Source: Octopus vulgaris
Lineage: Eukaryota
Direction of reading: 5' to 3'
Length of the DNA stretch: 64,000 nt
NCBI GenBank assembly: GCA_951406725.2
Contig: OX597818.1
Location: forward strand, 46,252,001 to 46,316,000
Notes under the pieces: model-generated
Told to the model about the DNA's origin: nothing
What the model saw: the letters and a program-made list of their open reading frames with translations, nothing else
Database searches by the model: none
Made by a program: the position numbers and the translations under genes
In this document: positions 52,370 through 64,000 of the stretch, one piece after another
How positions within the stretch are numbered: the first letter of the stretch is position 1
Layout: the number at the start of each line of letters is the position of its first letter

Positions 52370-54030
52370 ATTGTAACGTGACGGTAAATAAATATTTCCT
52401 TAAAACTTTGTGTACCGCAACAATCTTACCCTTTACAACTGGTAACTACACTAATAAAAACCTAACCGTAACAATTGGTGACCCTCGACTTCAACTAAAA
52501 ACTTCATCGTTACATATGCTTTACGGGTCAATTTATATACGAGTGTAGATCAGAGAGAGGTCAAAGTGGCGGAGTTAGTGTAGGTGTTAGCGTTGATATT
52601 ACTTTTGTTAATATAAAATATCTATTGGAGCACATCCATAAATTTCTATGAGAAACGTACATGCATACGCACGCGCGACGTGTATGGTTTGGGTCATAAG
52701 ACTGAATTTCAGAAGATCCAAGTGTTGTATGACAGGAAAATACGAAAAATCTGAATATTGAACGTTTGAAAGACCGAAAAATTGCAATATCTTTCAATAT
52801 ACAAACCTACCGGATGATTGAAAGGTCGAATATAAAAATGTCAAAGCTCCAAATTTTGATACATTTCTTTATGCTCAGCAACTTCTGCTGACTGGTTTCA
52901 AGAATTTAATTGTTCTCCAGACCTTGCAAAACTTTAGATTCAACATCGCTTAAAGAAGACAGATCTATGTCCCAGTTTGCAGATAGTCATCAATCATAAG
53001 ATCGATGACACAACACTAGAAAGCTGGGATCTTTACCTTTTGACCTACACTACAGATTTTAAAAAATAATTTTTTGTAACTAAACACTTTCAAACTTCGG
53101 ACACTGATAGAATGTGTCATATAAAACATCTTTTACTCTTAGCATTTTTAAGAAAAACTTATATTTACGAAGTTATTTCACGTTAAAGTTGTCCTATTTC
53201 GGTCATTTCAACCAATCAATGACGTGTATTCAGCTGAATAAAATTATTGCTGTTGTTTGTCAACAAGAACTTCTGGCGGTGTATATTTCGTTTGTCACTG
53301 TTATTTATGACAACCCTAACCCTAAAACCTTAAAACCAGTACAAACGCACGGACAATGTCATAAATAACAGTGACAAACGAAAAATACACTACCGATAGT
53401 TGTTGTTGACAAACAACGGCAGTAATTTTATTTAGCTGAATACACGTCATTGATTGGTTGAAATGACCGAAATAGGACAACTTTAACGTGAAATAACTTC
53501 GTAAATATGTTTTCCTCAAAAATGCTAATAGTAAAAGATGTTTTATACGACACATTATACCAGTGTCCGAAGTTTGAAAGTGTTTAGTTACAAAAAATTA
53601 TTTTTTAAATCTGTGGATCAAAAGGTAAAGATCCGAAAGCTGTTGAGAAGTTCAATTACTCACTAGATACTGAAATCTCAACCAAACAGGGGAAGGTAAT
53701 TTCTGACTTCCGCCATTTTACAAAGAGAGTATGGAGGAACAAACATTCCACGATGCAAACAAATATCAGAGTATTTAAGGCCACTGTACGTAGTGTTCTG
53801 TTAAACGGTGCAGAACATCAATCTATCGCCATCAAGAGAATCGACAATACATTTCACACCAGATTCCTTTGATCATTTCTAGATATATTGTTGAAAGACA
53901 AGGTAGCAATTACCAGAGTCCAGTATCTCTCGAAATTCAAGTTTGACAGGTTGCAAGTATGCTCCAGAGCCGCACACCTTATTCTATCTTGCATGTTGTT
54001 CTCAGGGGGCATAATAGGAAACCAAAGCTC
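52370..54030 (+). mobile_element. LTR retrotransposon relic (LTR 3' end, tRNA-Trp-like PBS, possible decayed gag)
   Basis: AATAAA...CGTAACA followed by AT-TGGTGACCCTCGAC at 52476, resembling the PBS TGGTGACCCCGAC. The gag assignment and both boundaries are weak. Confidence 0.45.
53027..53634. mobile_element. Merlin-type MITE with ~285 bp TIRs
   Basis: GGATCTTTACCTTTTG...CAAAAGGTAAAGATCC, perfect 8 bp TSD GAAAGCTG (53019-53026 and 53635-53642). GG termini with an 8 bp TSD fit the Merlin superfamily. Confidence 0.85.
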
Positions 54031-54521
54031 CAGTTTACAGACATTCTAAAGAGAGATGACAGATTTTGCTATGTAATTCGTCACTTCGACGTAAGCAGTT
54101 AAATTACTTGTGAATCCAGAACTCTTCTCTCATAAATAAAGAAAAACAACATTGAAACTGAAGCGATGATGCAAATGAGTTAGAAGGGGTCGCCAATTTT
54201 CAGATTTTTAATGTTCAAAACCCTACGTTTTCCAGATTTAGCTAAAACTGGAACCATTAAATATGCATGCACTACACAGAACTCGTAATTTACCTGTTAA
54301 AAAAAAACAACTTACAGATAGAATTCATTTGAGGCGACGTGCTCAGGGCATACACGCACGTACCTGAATGCAGGCGTTTCACTGCGGCTTTATGGGCGCA
54401 ACGAGCCTAAGCAGAATTGAGAATTGGAGGTGTAACATCCCAGAATATACTCCTCCCCAGACTATACCGGTAGCCAGTCTGAGCTAGCCTAGGCTATAGT
54501 TCTCCAGACAACCAGGCCAGA

Positions 54522-54770
54522 ATTTCGATTTAAACAAAGCAATTTAGAATAAATCAAATGCAAAAAACTTTAAAATGTATCAATATAAACCCATCACGAA
54601 TGCGTGGCCATTTGTGCGAGTCTAGGCTACAATTCATAGTCCAGGTGCACTGCGCAGCATACGTGAGTCGTCAGTCTTTTCTTTTTCCAATCTACCTATA
54701 CATTGGGTTTATATTGGTACATTAAATATTTGCATTTGATAATTCTAAATTGCTATGTTTAAATCGAAAT
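54522..54770. repeat. Inverted repeat / MITE, ~70 bp arms
   Basis: ATTTCGATTTAAACAAAGCAATTTAGAAT pairs with ATTCTAAATTGCTATGTTTAAATCGAAAT. Confidence 0.75.
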
Positions 54771-55100
54771 TTACATGTAACTTTTAATTATTCAACGATT
54801 GATATAAAATTTTATATATGCTCTTAGGCAAGATCCGCACCCTTTGTGAAAAATAGGAAAAATGTGTAACACGTGTAAGGCATCGTATATTAAAGGGTGT
54901 GGATCTAGATATTAACCGTTTTGGTTCGCCGTTGATTTGGCTGTTTTCAGAGAAGTATTTCTTTTGCTATTTTTACTTTTCTCTTTTCAAAAGAGTTTGC
55001 TGATATTACTGCATTATTTTTTTTGTAACTTTCAAAAAAAAAAAAGAAATATGGAAATGAACATCTTAATTTCACAATTCAAGCCAAATCAATTTCAGCA

Positions 55101-55199
55101 CATCGGAGGGGCGAGATGGCTTACATTAAGATACGAGTGGCTCTGGAAAGGGCTGGGATTTGTCGCTACTCACGACCACGAAGTTCCTCCGAATCCGTA
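55101..55199 (-). pseudogene. Degenerate duplicate of the H4 3' end (YGFGG codons, 3' UTR, broken stem-loop)
   Basis: Aligns to 55447-55566: GGCGAGATGGCTTACATTAAGA...GAGTGG...GGGATTTGTCG...CCTCCGAATCCGTA. Confidence 0.85.
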
Positions 55200-55484
55200 T
55201 TTTGCTGTTATTTCTAGCATAAATGTTGTCTTGGTGCGAAACTGAGGTAGCACCTACCCGTAACCAACATCTTTTAAAGCATTTCGCCCGACGTGCTTGA
55301 TTCTGTCTCATCACCGTCTTTCATTAATATCCGATACTGCGATCTAATTAAGACACGCCATACGTAAAGAGCTGAGAGGCTCACTGAAAGAGATAAAAAA
55401 ATCCCTTTGAAAAGGAAGCTGAAATTCAAACATTTTGGTTTAAGCATATCGGAGAGGCGAGATGGCTTACATTAAGACATGAGT

Positions 55485-55500
55485 GGCCCTGAAAAGGGCC
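55485..55500 (-). terminator. Histone 3' stem-loop (H4)
   Basis: GGCCCTTTTCAGGGCC followed by ACTCA on the minus strand. Confidence 0.97.
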
Positions 55501-55548
55501 GGGATTTGTCGTTGTTCACGATCACAAAGTCACAAAAACTTCACCAGT

Positions 55549-56565
<1,017 letters not shown>

Positions 56566-56599
56566 GTTGAAAATGATGAAGTTAATACTTTTCCCCAAC

Positions 56600-56615
56600 G
56601 GCCCTTTTCAGGGCC
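56600..56615 (+). terminator. Histone 3' stem-loop (H3)
   Basis: CCAAC-GGCCCTTTTCAGGGCC. Confidence 0.97.
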
Positions 56616-56733
56616 TCTAAATTTTTTCGTAAAGTTCTGCTAACCCTTAAGATGGTGGTATGTTTTCGTGTTCTCGTATCGTGAATTGTTTATTCGAAAT
56701 GTCATTGATACTTTGTTCTGCATTAGATATTTT

Positions 56734-57094
56734 GGATCTTTTCGGTTTGAACGGTAGTTTTTAACATAATTTCTAGGTAACTAAAAAATTTTAAACTTCG
56801 TATACTGGTAGAATGTGTTTATAAAACATTTTTCTCTTGGCTTTATTGAGAAGATTCCTTAGTTTGTAAAATCTTTTTTTTCTGCAATTTCAACCAATCA
56901 CTGGCGTCTATTGAGGTAAAAATTCGTTCGTTTAAGAAACAGATTGGGTTTATTTACATTTCTGAAGAAAAAGATACCCTTTCCCCTAACCCTAAATCAG
57001 ATTGAAATGCAATAGATCGATACTAGGGTCATAATTATGGGTGACAATTTCATGACACCGCTAGAAAAAACTACCGTTCGAACCGAAAAGATCC
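56734..57094. mobile_element. Merlin-type MITE, related to 53027-53634
   Basis: GGATCTTTTCGGTTTGAACGGTAG...CTACCGTTCGAACCGAAAAGATCC; flanks GATATTTT and GATATTTG (7/8 TSD); shares internal motifs with the 53 kb element. Confidence 0.8.
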
Positions 57095-59920
57095 GATATT
57101 TGATTATTTTTTTCGTGGCTAATGTTCGTCCCTCGTGAATTTACTTCTGTTGTGACTAGCGAAGCTTTAAACTAATTCCAATTTATTTTGCACTACGTAC
57201 TTTAACTATGAGAAGCCTTTTCGTTTAGAAAAAAATGTAAATATTTTCAAACGAAAAGGTGTGTGAGTTAAGGGCAATTTAGCTATTGTTTCTAGCACAG
57301 GTGTATTGATGTTTTTCCGTAACTTTCTTCCCATAAGCACATAAGGAAGTAGCACACGCGTGGTACATTGCTGGCATGGTCTTCGAAGTTATGGGGTGGA
57401 TCGCAAACGAACCGGGGGAAATTTGGCTGTTATTTCTAGCACTTCCCGTGATCACTCCTGTTTCATTGACACATACATGTATTTCAAAATTTGGTTGAAA
57501 AAAAATCCCAGTCTAATAGGTTTTAAAAAATGTGTAGAAAACGAATATGAAAAATTTGTGCAAATGAACAGGGGTGGGTGGGGAGAACTTCGGAAAACTC
57601 CCACGATCCGATTTTTCCCTCAAACTTTCAGGAAAATAAGGTATCTTTTTAATGAAAGTTTATACAACTGTTTTTTTCAAACGGCATAGCTACGGATTAT
57701 AAAGAAATTTGTACGAGAAAAGTATTTTACAATTCGTGTTTCGGATCAAGCAAAACCACGTAAGTTGGAATTTGTTTTGACGGGTTTTTCCAATTGCTTT
57801 TCATCACAGCCGTGGAAATTTTCAATTTTTTTTTCTTACAGCATAAACGTGTTTATGGGGTAAAAAATATTGAAAATTTGCATACATGCGTTAGGGAATC
57901 AAAACGACGAGGATTGTTTTGGGACGTGCTAGAAACGATAGCCATCACACTTTTTCCTCTGTATTAAAATTTTATCTTTTACCGAGTAAGTGTATTTAAA
58001 GCAAAATAAATAAAGACCGGAAGGCGGAAATTTAAAAATATAACTTGTGGCTTCCTGATCCGAAATGTTCTTACCCACTGGAAAAGATTTCCTCAATTCT
58101 TTAAAATTGTAATCTGTGGTCTTGAAAGTATGTATTTGTTATAAACTGGTTAATATAGGGCTTTTACATTATTATCAAAGAGGGTATACATTATCATTTT
58201 CGTAACATAAAAAAAATTTGTGTGTAATAGATCCAACATTTCTTCACTTTTTCCAGAATTTCTTTATTTATTTTTTTTTTTTTGCGAAATATGATTTTAT
58301 GATTCATGTGTGAGTGTGTGTTCTTGATACTCGTTTAGAACAAGTAGTTTTACACCAATTACACTATTTTTTCTTAGTTTAAAGGCCGTGGACTGAAGAT
58401 GTGAAATTTCCGAAGCCTCTCCCCCACCCCCCTTTCGCGAGCGCGCATTTTTTTTCATGATAGTCGTTTAGAGCAAGTTGTTTTACACCTATTACGCTGT
58501 TTTTGTTTTTGTTTTTTGTGCCCGGTTCAGACGCTTTCGGAAATTCCCGATATAAATTTTCCGAGGCCTCTCCCCCACCCCTCTTTCGCGAGAGCGCATT
58601 TTTTTTTGTCATATTCGTTTAGAGCAAGTTGTTTTACACATATTACACTATTTTTTTTTTGTTTTGGTGCCCGGGTCAGCTCCTCAGACGCTTTCGGAAC
58701 TTCCCGATGTGAATTTTCCGAGGCCTCTCCCCCACACCCCTTTCACGTGCGCGAATTTTTTTTTTCATATTCGTTCATAGGAAGTTGTTTTACACCTATT
58801 ACACACTTTTTTTTTTTTTTTTTCTGATAATCGTAACGCCCTATATTAACCAGTTTATACAAATACCTTTCAAACCACAGATTACAATTTTAAAGAATTG
58901 AGGAAATCTTTTCCAGTGGGTAGGGAGAACAGTTTCGGATCAGGAAGACCGCACAAGTTATATTTTTAAATTTCCGCCTTCCGGTCTTTATTTATTTTGC
59001 TTTTAAATACCTCTCGGTAAAAGATAAAATTTTAATATTTTCAGAGGAAAAAGTGTGATTTGGCTATCGTTTCTAGCACGTCCCAAAACAATCCTCGTCG
59101 TTTTTCTCCCTCACGCATGTATGCTTTTCAATATTTTTCACCCCATAAACACGTTTATGCTGTAAGAAAAAAAATTGAAAATTTCCACGGCTGTGATGAA
59201 AAGCAATTGGAAAAACCCGTCAAAACAAATTCCAACTTACGTGGTTTCTTGATCCGAAACACGAATTGTAAAAACTTTTCTCGTACAAATTTCTTTATAA
59301 TCCGTAGCTATGCCGTTTGAAAAAAACAGTTGTATAAACTTTCATTAAAAGATACCTATTTTCCTGAAAGTTTGAGGGAAAAATCGGATCGTGGGAGTTT
59401 TCCGAAGTTCTCCCCACCCACCCCGTTTGCACAAATTTTTCATATTCGTTTTCTACACATTTTTTAAAACCTAATTAAACTGGGATTTCTTTCAACCAAA
59501 TTTTGAAATACATGTATGTGTCAATGAAACGGTCATGGGAAGTGCTAGAAATAACAGCCAAATCTCCCCGGTTCGTTTGCGATCCACCCCATAACTTCGA
59601 AGACCATGCCAGCAATGTACCACGCGTGTGCTACTTCCTTATGTGCTTATGGGAAGAAAGTTACGGAAAAACATCAATACACCTGTGCTAGAAACAATAG
59701 CTAAATTGCCCTTAACTCACACACCTTTTCGTTTGAAAATATTTACATTTTTTTTCTAAACGAAAAGGCTTCTCATAGTTAAAGTACGTAGTGCAAAATA
59801 AATTGGAATTAGTTTAAAGCTTCGCTAGTCACAACAGAAGTAAATTCACGAGGGACGAACATTAGCCACGAAAAAAATAATCAAATATCGGATCTTTTCG
59901 GTTCGAACGGTAGTTTTTTC
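57064..59920. repeat. Large inverted duplication, arms ~57064-58180 and ~58822-59920
   Basis: Arms are near-identical reverse complements over ~1.1 kb; differences are mostly small indels. Confidence 0.97.
58331..58805. repeat. Tandem repeat, ~133-156 bp unit, about 3.3 copies, in the palindrome spacer
   Basis: TCGTTTAGAGCAAGTTGTTTTACACCTATTAC-like motif starts at 58331, 58464, 58615 and 58771. Confidence 0.9.
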
Positions 59921-60296
59921 GGTTAATATAGAGCGTTACGATTATCTATAAACTTTCATGAAAAGACACCAATCTTTCCTGAGAGTTATGAGGGAAAAAT
60001 CGGATCGTGTGGATTTCTCGAAAGCCATCTCCCTCGTTCGTTTGCCCAAATTGTTAGAACTTGACTTTTGTTTACATTGATCAATAATTTTTAGGTAAAT
60101 TTCGATACATCTACTGTTAAAATTTTGAAAATCCAATTCTTTCACCCCCATCCATTATTTATAATGTTAATATATCGGAGAGGTCAATGCTGCGAGTCAT
60201 CCAAGACTTATAAGGGTCATGGGGTACTACTAGCGAAAAGTGGTCCCGGTGCGAACACTCGCGCTAGCTAGTCGATCCTACGACGACTAACCCTAG

Positions 60297-60573
60297 TTTA
60301 CTCTCTTGTTTCAAGTCGAGCAAATCGACCCCGGGACTTATTCTTTGTAAACCCAGTACTTATTCTATCGATATCTTTTGCCGAACCGCTAAGTGACGTA
60401 AACACACCAGCATGTGCTAGGGACACACACACACATATACGACAGACTTCTTTCAGTGGTCGGCCCGGGGCTATAGCAGAAGACACTTGCCCAAGATGCC
60501 ACGCAGTGGGACTGAACCCGGAACCATGTGGTTGGTTAGCAAGCTACCTTACCACACAGCCACTCCTGCGCCT
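60297..60573 (-). mobile_element. tRNA-derived SINE, CpG-intact copy
   Basis: Minus strand AGGCGCAGGAGTGGCTGTGTGGT...CCGGGTTCAGTCCCACTGCGTGGCATCTTGGGCAAGTGTC. Confidence 0.85.
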
Positions 60574-60848
60574 ATGTTTGTTTATAAAAATAATTTATTT
60601 ACTTTATTACATTGTTTTAAAAAATAATTTTGCGCTTTATTTACTTTGTTCGAAAATATATTTTCTTTGATATGCATTCAGATACAAACATACGCTCAAG
60701 TCGTTGTACGATCGACTACTTACAACCAGCTAGTGTGGATGTATTTTCTTAGATGTTTCAATCATCTTGCGCCTACAAAAATACCCATGTATAACTTAAA
60801 AAGAATCGCAAATAAAACCGGCAAGGAGACTATTTACAGAAAATGAGG

Positions 60849-60864
60849 GGCCCTGAAAAGGACC
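60849..60864 (-). terminator. Histone 3' stem-loop (H2A)
   Basis: GGTCCTTTTCAGGGCC on the minus strand. Confidence 0.96.
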
Positions 60865-60898
60865 GTTGAACGAAGGCAAACGCCATCAGCGAAAGCGC

Positions 60899-61276
60899 TT
60901 ACTTGGAAGGCTTCTGGGTCTTCTTGGGGAGAAGAACAGCCTGGATATTGGGGAGAACACCACCTTGGGCGATGGTCACTCCGGACAAAAGTTTGTTCAA
61001 CTCCTCGTCGTTACGGATGGCCAACTGCAAGTGACGGGGAATAATTCTCGATTTCTTGTTGTCTCTGGCAGCATTTCCTGCCAATTCCAACACTTCGGCT
61101 GCCAAATATTCCATAACAGCGGCCAAGTAGACTGGGGCTCCGGCACCAACACGTTGGGCATAGTTTCCCTTACGGAGAAGACGGTGGATACGACCGACAG
61201 GGAACTGAAGTCCAGCACGGGATGAACGGGTCTTGCTCTTTCCCTTCACTTTACCTCCTTTACCACGTCCAGACAT
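60899..61276 (-). CDS. H2A: Histone H2A, canonical
   Basis: [29 protein letters not shown]...[11 protein letters not shown]; no SQ(E/D) tail; intronless. Confidence 0.99.
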   Translation of the reverse strand: MSGRGKGGKVKGKSKTRSSRAGLQFPVGRIHRLLRKGNYAQRVGAGAPVYLAAVMEYLAAEVLELAGNAARDNKKSRIIPRHLQLAIRNDEELNKLLSGVTIAQGGVLPNIQAVLLPKKTQKPSK

Positions 61277-61538
61277 TTTTTAGAAGTTAGATACTAGTTT
61301 GCAACAAAACGGCGATTAAATGATATAGAGCTTTTCTCCTTTAAATACTGCCTCATCGGCTCCAGCAGTCGATGAGCAGTTAAAAAATATGCGGGCTATT
61401 GTCACGTGACACAGTTGTCAAATTCGACCAATGAAAATGAACGGCGCGAATTTACAAAAATGTTCATCTGCTGAGCCTACTTGACAGCTATAAATAGAGT
61501 AGAATCAGAGTAAGCAACATCGATTCGCAAGTGACATC
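61277..61538. promoter_or_regulatory. Bidirectional H2A/H2B promoter
   Basis: TATTTAAA(-) at 61340-61347, TGTCACGTGACA at 61400-61411, CCAAT at 61428, GGCGCGAA at 61443, TATAAATA at 61489. Confidence 0.8.
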
Positions 61539-61916
61539 ATGCCACCAGCACCAGCTACCGCTTCGAAAGGAGCCAAGAAGGCTTCCAAGGCCAAATCTTC
61601 ACGTCCCGCCGGAGACAAGAAGCGCAAGAAGAAGAGGAAGGAAAGTTATTCCATCTACATCTACAAAGTAATGAAACAAGTCCACCCCGACACTGGCATC
61701 TCCAGCAAAGCTATGTCCATCATGAACAGTTTTGTCAACGATTTGTTCGAAAGAATAGCTTCTGAAGCCAGCCGTTTGGCTCACTACAACAAACGTTCGA
61801 CCATCAGTAGCCGTGAGGTACAGACTGCTGTCCGTCTGCTTCTCCCTGGTGAGTTGGCTAAGCACGCCGTCTCTGAAGGTACCAAGGCTGTTACCAAATA
61901 CACCAGCAGCAAGTAA
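61539..61916 (+). CDS. H2B: Histone H2B
   Basis: [14 protein letters not shown]...[26 protein letters not shown]...KYTSSK; intronless. Confidence 0.99.
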   Translation: MPPAPATASKGAKKASKAKSSRPAGDKKRKKKRKESYSIYIYKVMKQVHPDTGISSKAMSIMNSFVNDLFERIASEASRLAHYNKRSTISSREVQTAVRLLLPGELAKHAVSEGTKAVTKYTSSK

Positions 61917-61937
61917 ACCTTGCGTTTCTCGAAAAAC

Positions 61938-61953
61938 GGTCCTTTTAAGGGCC
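61938..61953 (+). terminator. Histone 3' stem-loop (H2B)
   Basis: AAAAAC-GGTCCTTTTAAGGGCC-ACCTA. Confidence 0.96.
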
Positions 61954-62869
61954 ACCTATATTTTCATGATTTCCAACTTTCGATTTTCTATTGATCTGCG
62001 ATTTTAGTGCGTTACGAAAAAGCCCTATTCGTGTGTCGCTAAGTCCCGGTGCGCGCATCCGCGCTAGGTAGTCGATGCTTCAACTAAGTAAATTTATTTT
62101 TTATAAACAAACTAAAGATAGGGTTAGGGTTCAAATTTTTTTGTTCGAAAAATATTTAATTTGTAAAAATTATACATCGTTTTTAACAGAATTACTTCGA
62201 AAAATGCTTAATTTTTCTGTTGTTCGCAAGTACGGGGCATAGTCTGGGCAGGGGTATATTCTAGGCTGGCTGTCTGGGTAGGGATATATTCTGGGCTGTT
62301 ACATCGGCTCATGCGATTTTGTTTTCACCATACATTTACGAATTCCTATATTTTCGACATACTTATCGTCGGTTCATTCTTAATTTTACCGTTTATGTTT
62401 ATATTAAGCATCGATAAGTAGGGCCCTAATCTTGTGTGTGTGTGTGTGTGTATAGAATTCATATAAAATAAGAGGTATTCATCATAGGGCTGCCTTACGT
62501 TAGAAGGAACAGTTAAAGTTCAAACCAGTAATTTCGAAGGGAGTGAAAAACTATCTGATGTGACGTATGGCAGATTTTTCCAGGGACCAGTAATATTAAT
62601 TTATACCAGAAACAATATATATATTGAATATAATAAAACTTGACAAGTTTTTTTATCTTGTATTTATTTTGTAAACAAATATTACATCATTACATAAGCA
62701 TTTTATAATGTTTCTTTCTTTTTGGAAACTCGCCGCGGACCGGTGCTGGACCGTGGACCACCACTTTAAGTAGCAATGGAGTAAGCGACAAATATGGTAT
62801 GGTAGTGGGATAGTAACATTAATTCAGAGATACATGCGTGTGTGTACTTTCAATCTCTTTCTGTCTCTC

Positions 62870-63252
62870 ACTCCCTTTCACTTTGTCTCTCTCTCTCTCA
62901 CACACTCACAAATTTCTAGACAAGTATTGGACATCGTTTAAACCGAAATTATCCGGAAATAACCGAAGTATTCCGTTTCTGCCATTTGTGAACAGTTCAT
63001 AAAGAAGTTATCGTCTGCTAAATTCTTAGTTCACTTTTCTTTTTGTCTCTGTCTGTTTCACTTTGTCTTTCTCCCTCTGTTAGTCTCTCTCTCTCTCTCT
63101 CTCTCTCATACACACACTCACAAACTTCTAGACAAGTATTGGACAACATTTAAACCGAAATTATCCGGAAATAACCGAAGTATTCCGTTTCTTCCATTTG
63201 TGAAAAGTTGATAAAGAAGTTATCGTCTGCTAAATACTTTGTTCACTTTTCT
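62870..63252 (+). repeat. Tandem duplication, period ~211 bp
   Basis: CTCACAAA(T/C)TTCTAGACAAGTATTGGACA...TAAACCGAAATTATCCGGAAATAACCGAAGTATTCCGTTTC at 62906 and 63117. Confidence 0.9.
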
Positions 63253-63548
63253 TTCCATGAAGACGACGTTTCAAGTCAACATTGAAGGTGAAGTAGCTTA
63301 TTAATTTCGTTTTTATTATTTACAAAATTATAATCACTCATTCATCTATTGCAAAGATTGAAAGATAGGTTTCTAAAGGGGATTTTGCTATCATTTAGAA
63401 TCTTATCCCTTTTGGGGTTGTAATTTTCCGTCACGTTCTCTTCACAAAACTATCTAAAGTCTGAACTGAAGATAAAGTCCCATACTGAATTCATTGAAAA
63501 ATATTCAACAATTACATTAATTTATTAATTCAGTCTTTTACTAAAGTC

Positions 63549-64000
63549 ATGGGTGATGTTAACTGTATGTTCAGGGCTGTGTCTCTCTTGCTCAAAAACA
63601 ACAGGAATTACCAAATTCTTTGGGAAGACTCCGTACGATACATATGCAATAATTGGAAATAATTTCGTTCTTTTATTCCTAATAGTAAAATGCAGGAATA
63701 CCAAACGTACATGAGTAGGGATGGAACATACGGTGGTAATGCTGAATTAGCTGCCATTAGTGAATTGTACAATGTTGCAAGTATTCGAAAAGTTACAGAA
63801 AGGAAGGTTTTAGTATTATATAATGGCGAACTTGATAACGGCCACTACGATGCTCTCTTTCCCATTAACGATCATAAGCATGAAAGAAATGTAGAAGGAA
63901 ATGAAACATCACAAGACAGTGAAAAAGACAAAAGAATGAGAATTCAAACACTTAAAAAAATGAAGATCGTAAAAAAAAAAAACCATCGGAAAGTTAGGTT
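63549..64000 (+). pseudogene. OTU-family cysteine protease (deubiquitinase)-like frame, one in-frame stop, open at window end
   Basis: MGDVNCMFRAVS...NNWK*FRSFI...YMSRDGTYGGNAELAAISELYNV...VLYNGELDNGHYDAL contains the Cys box, the GG..EL motif and the His box of OTU domains; TAA at 63660-63662. Confidence 0.8.

Noticed and set aside
53314-53335. Interstitial telomere
   Set aside because: Only two perfect hexamers, located inside a MITE.
58331-58805. Regularly spaced ~32 bp motif resembling a CRISPR array
   Set aside because: The intervening sequences are homologous to each other, the context is eukaryotic and there are no cas genes; it is a tandem repeat.
60490-60573. tRNA gene candidate (A and B boxes)
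   Set aside because: Head of a multicopy tRNA-derived SINE continuing into a SINE body; no clear cloverleaf.

Overview
AT-rich, microsatellite- and SINE-dense animal genomic DNA. The repeat families and (GAT)n-tailed RTE ends look like an octopod cephalopod (Octopus); this is an inference. There are two protein-coding components. (1) The last 11 coding exons (3255-34736, + strand) of a six-transmembrane glycerophosphodiester phosphodiesterase of the GDE2/GDPD5 family. I assembled them by hand: all introns are GT-AG and all phases are compatible, giving 528 codons including the stop; the 5' exons lie upstream of the window. (2) One quartet of replication-dependent histone genes, H4<-/->H3 and H2A<-/->H2B (55549-61916), each with a 3' stem-loop; there is no H1 in the window. 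The two histone pairs are separated by a ~2.9 kb palindrome with ~1.1 kb arms. The whole quartet is bracketed by inward-facing copies of one transposon-like terminus (54431 and 62302). An OTU deubiquitinase-like reading frame with one stop codon runs off the right end. The rest is transposon debris: tRNA-derived SINEs, RTE LINE fragments, Tc1 and mariner relics, Merlin-, piggyBac- and hAT-type MITEs, non-autonomous Helitrons, an LTR/PBS relic, and several long hairpins, some with eroded Penelope-type hammerhead motifs. Almost all ORFs in the supplied track are spurious. Repeat boundaries were read by eye and are approximate unless a TSD is quoted.
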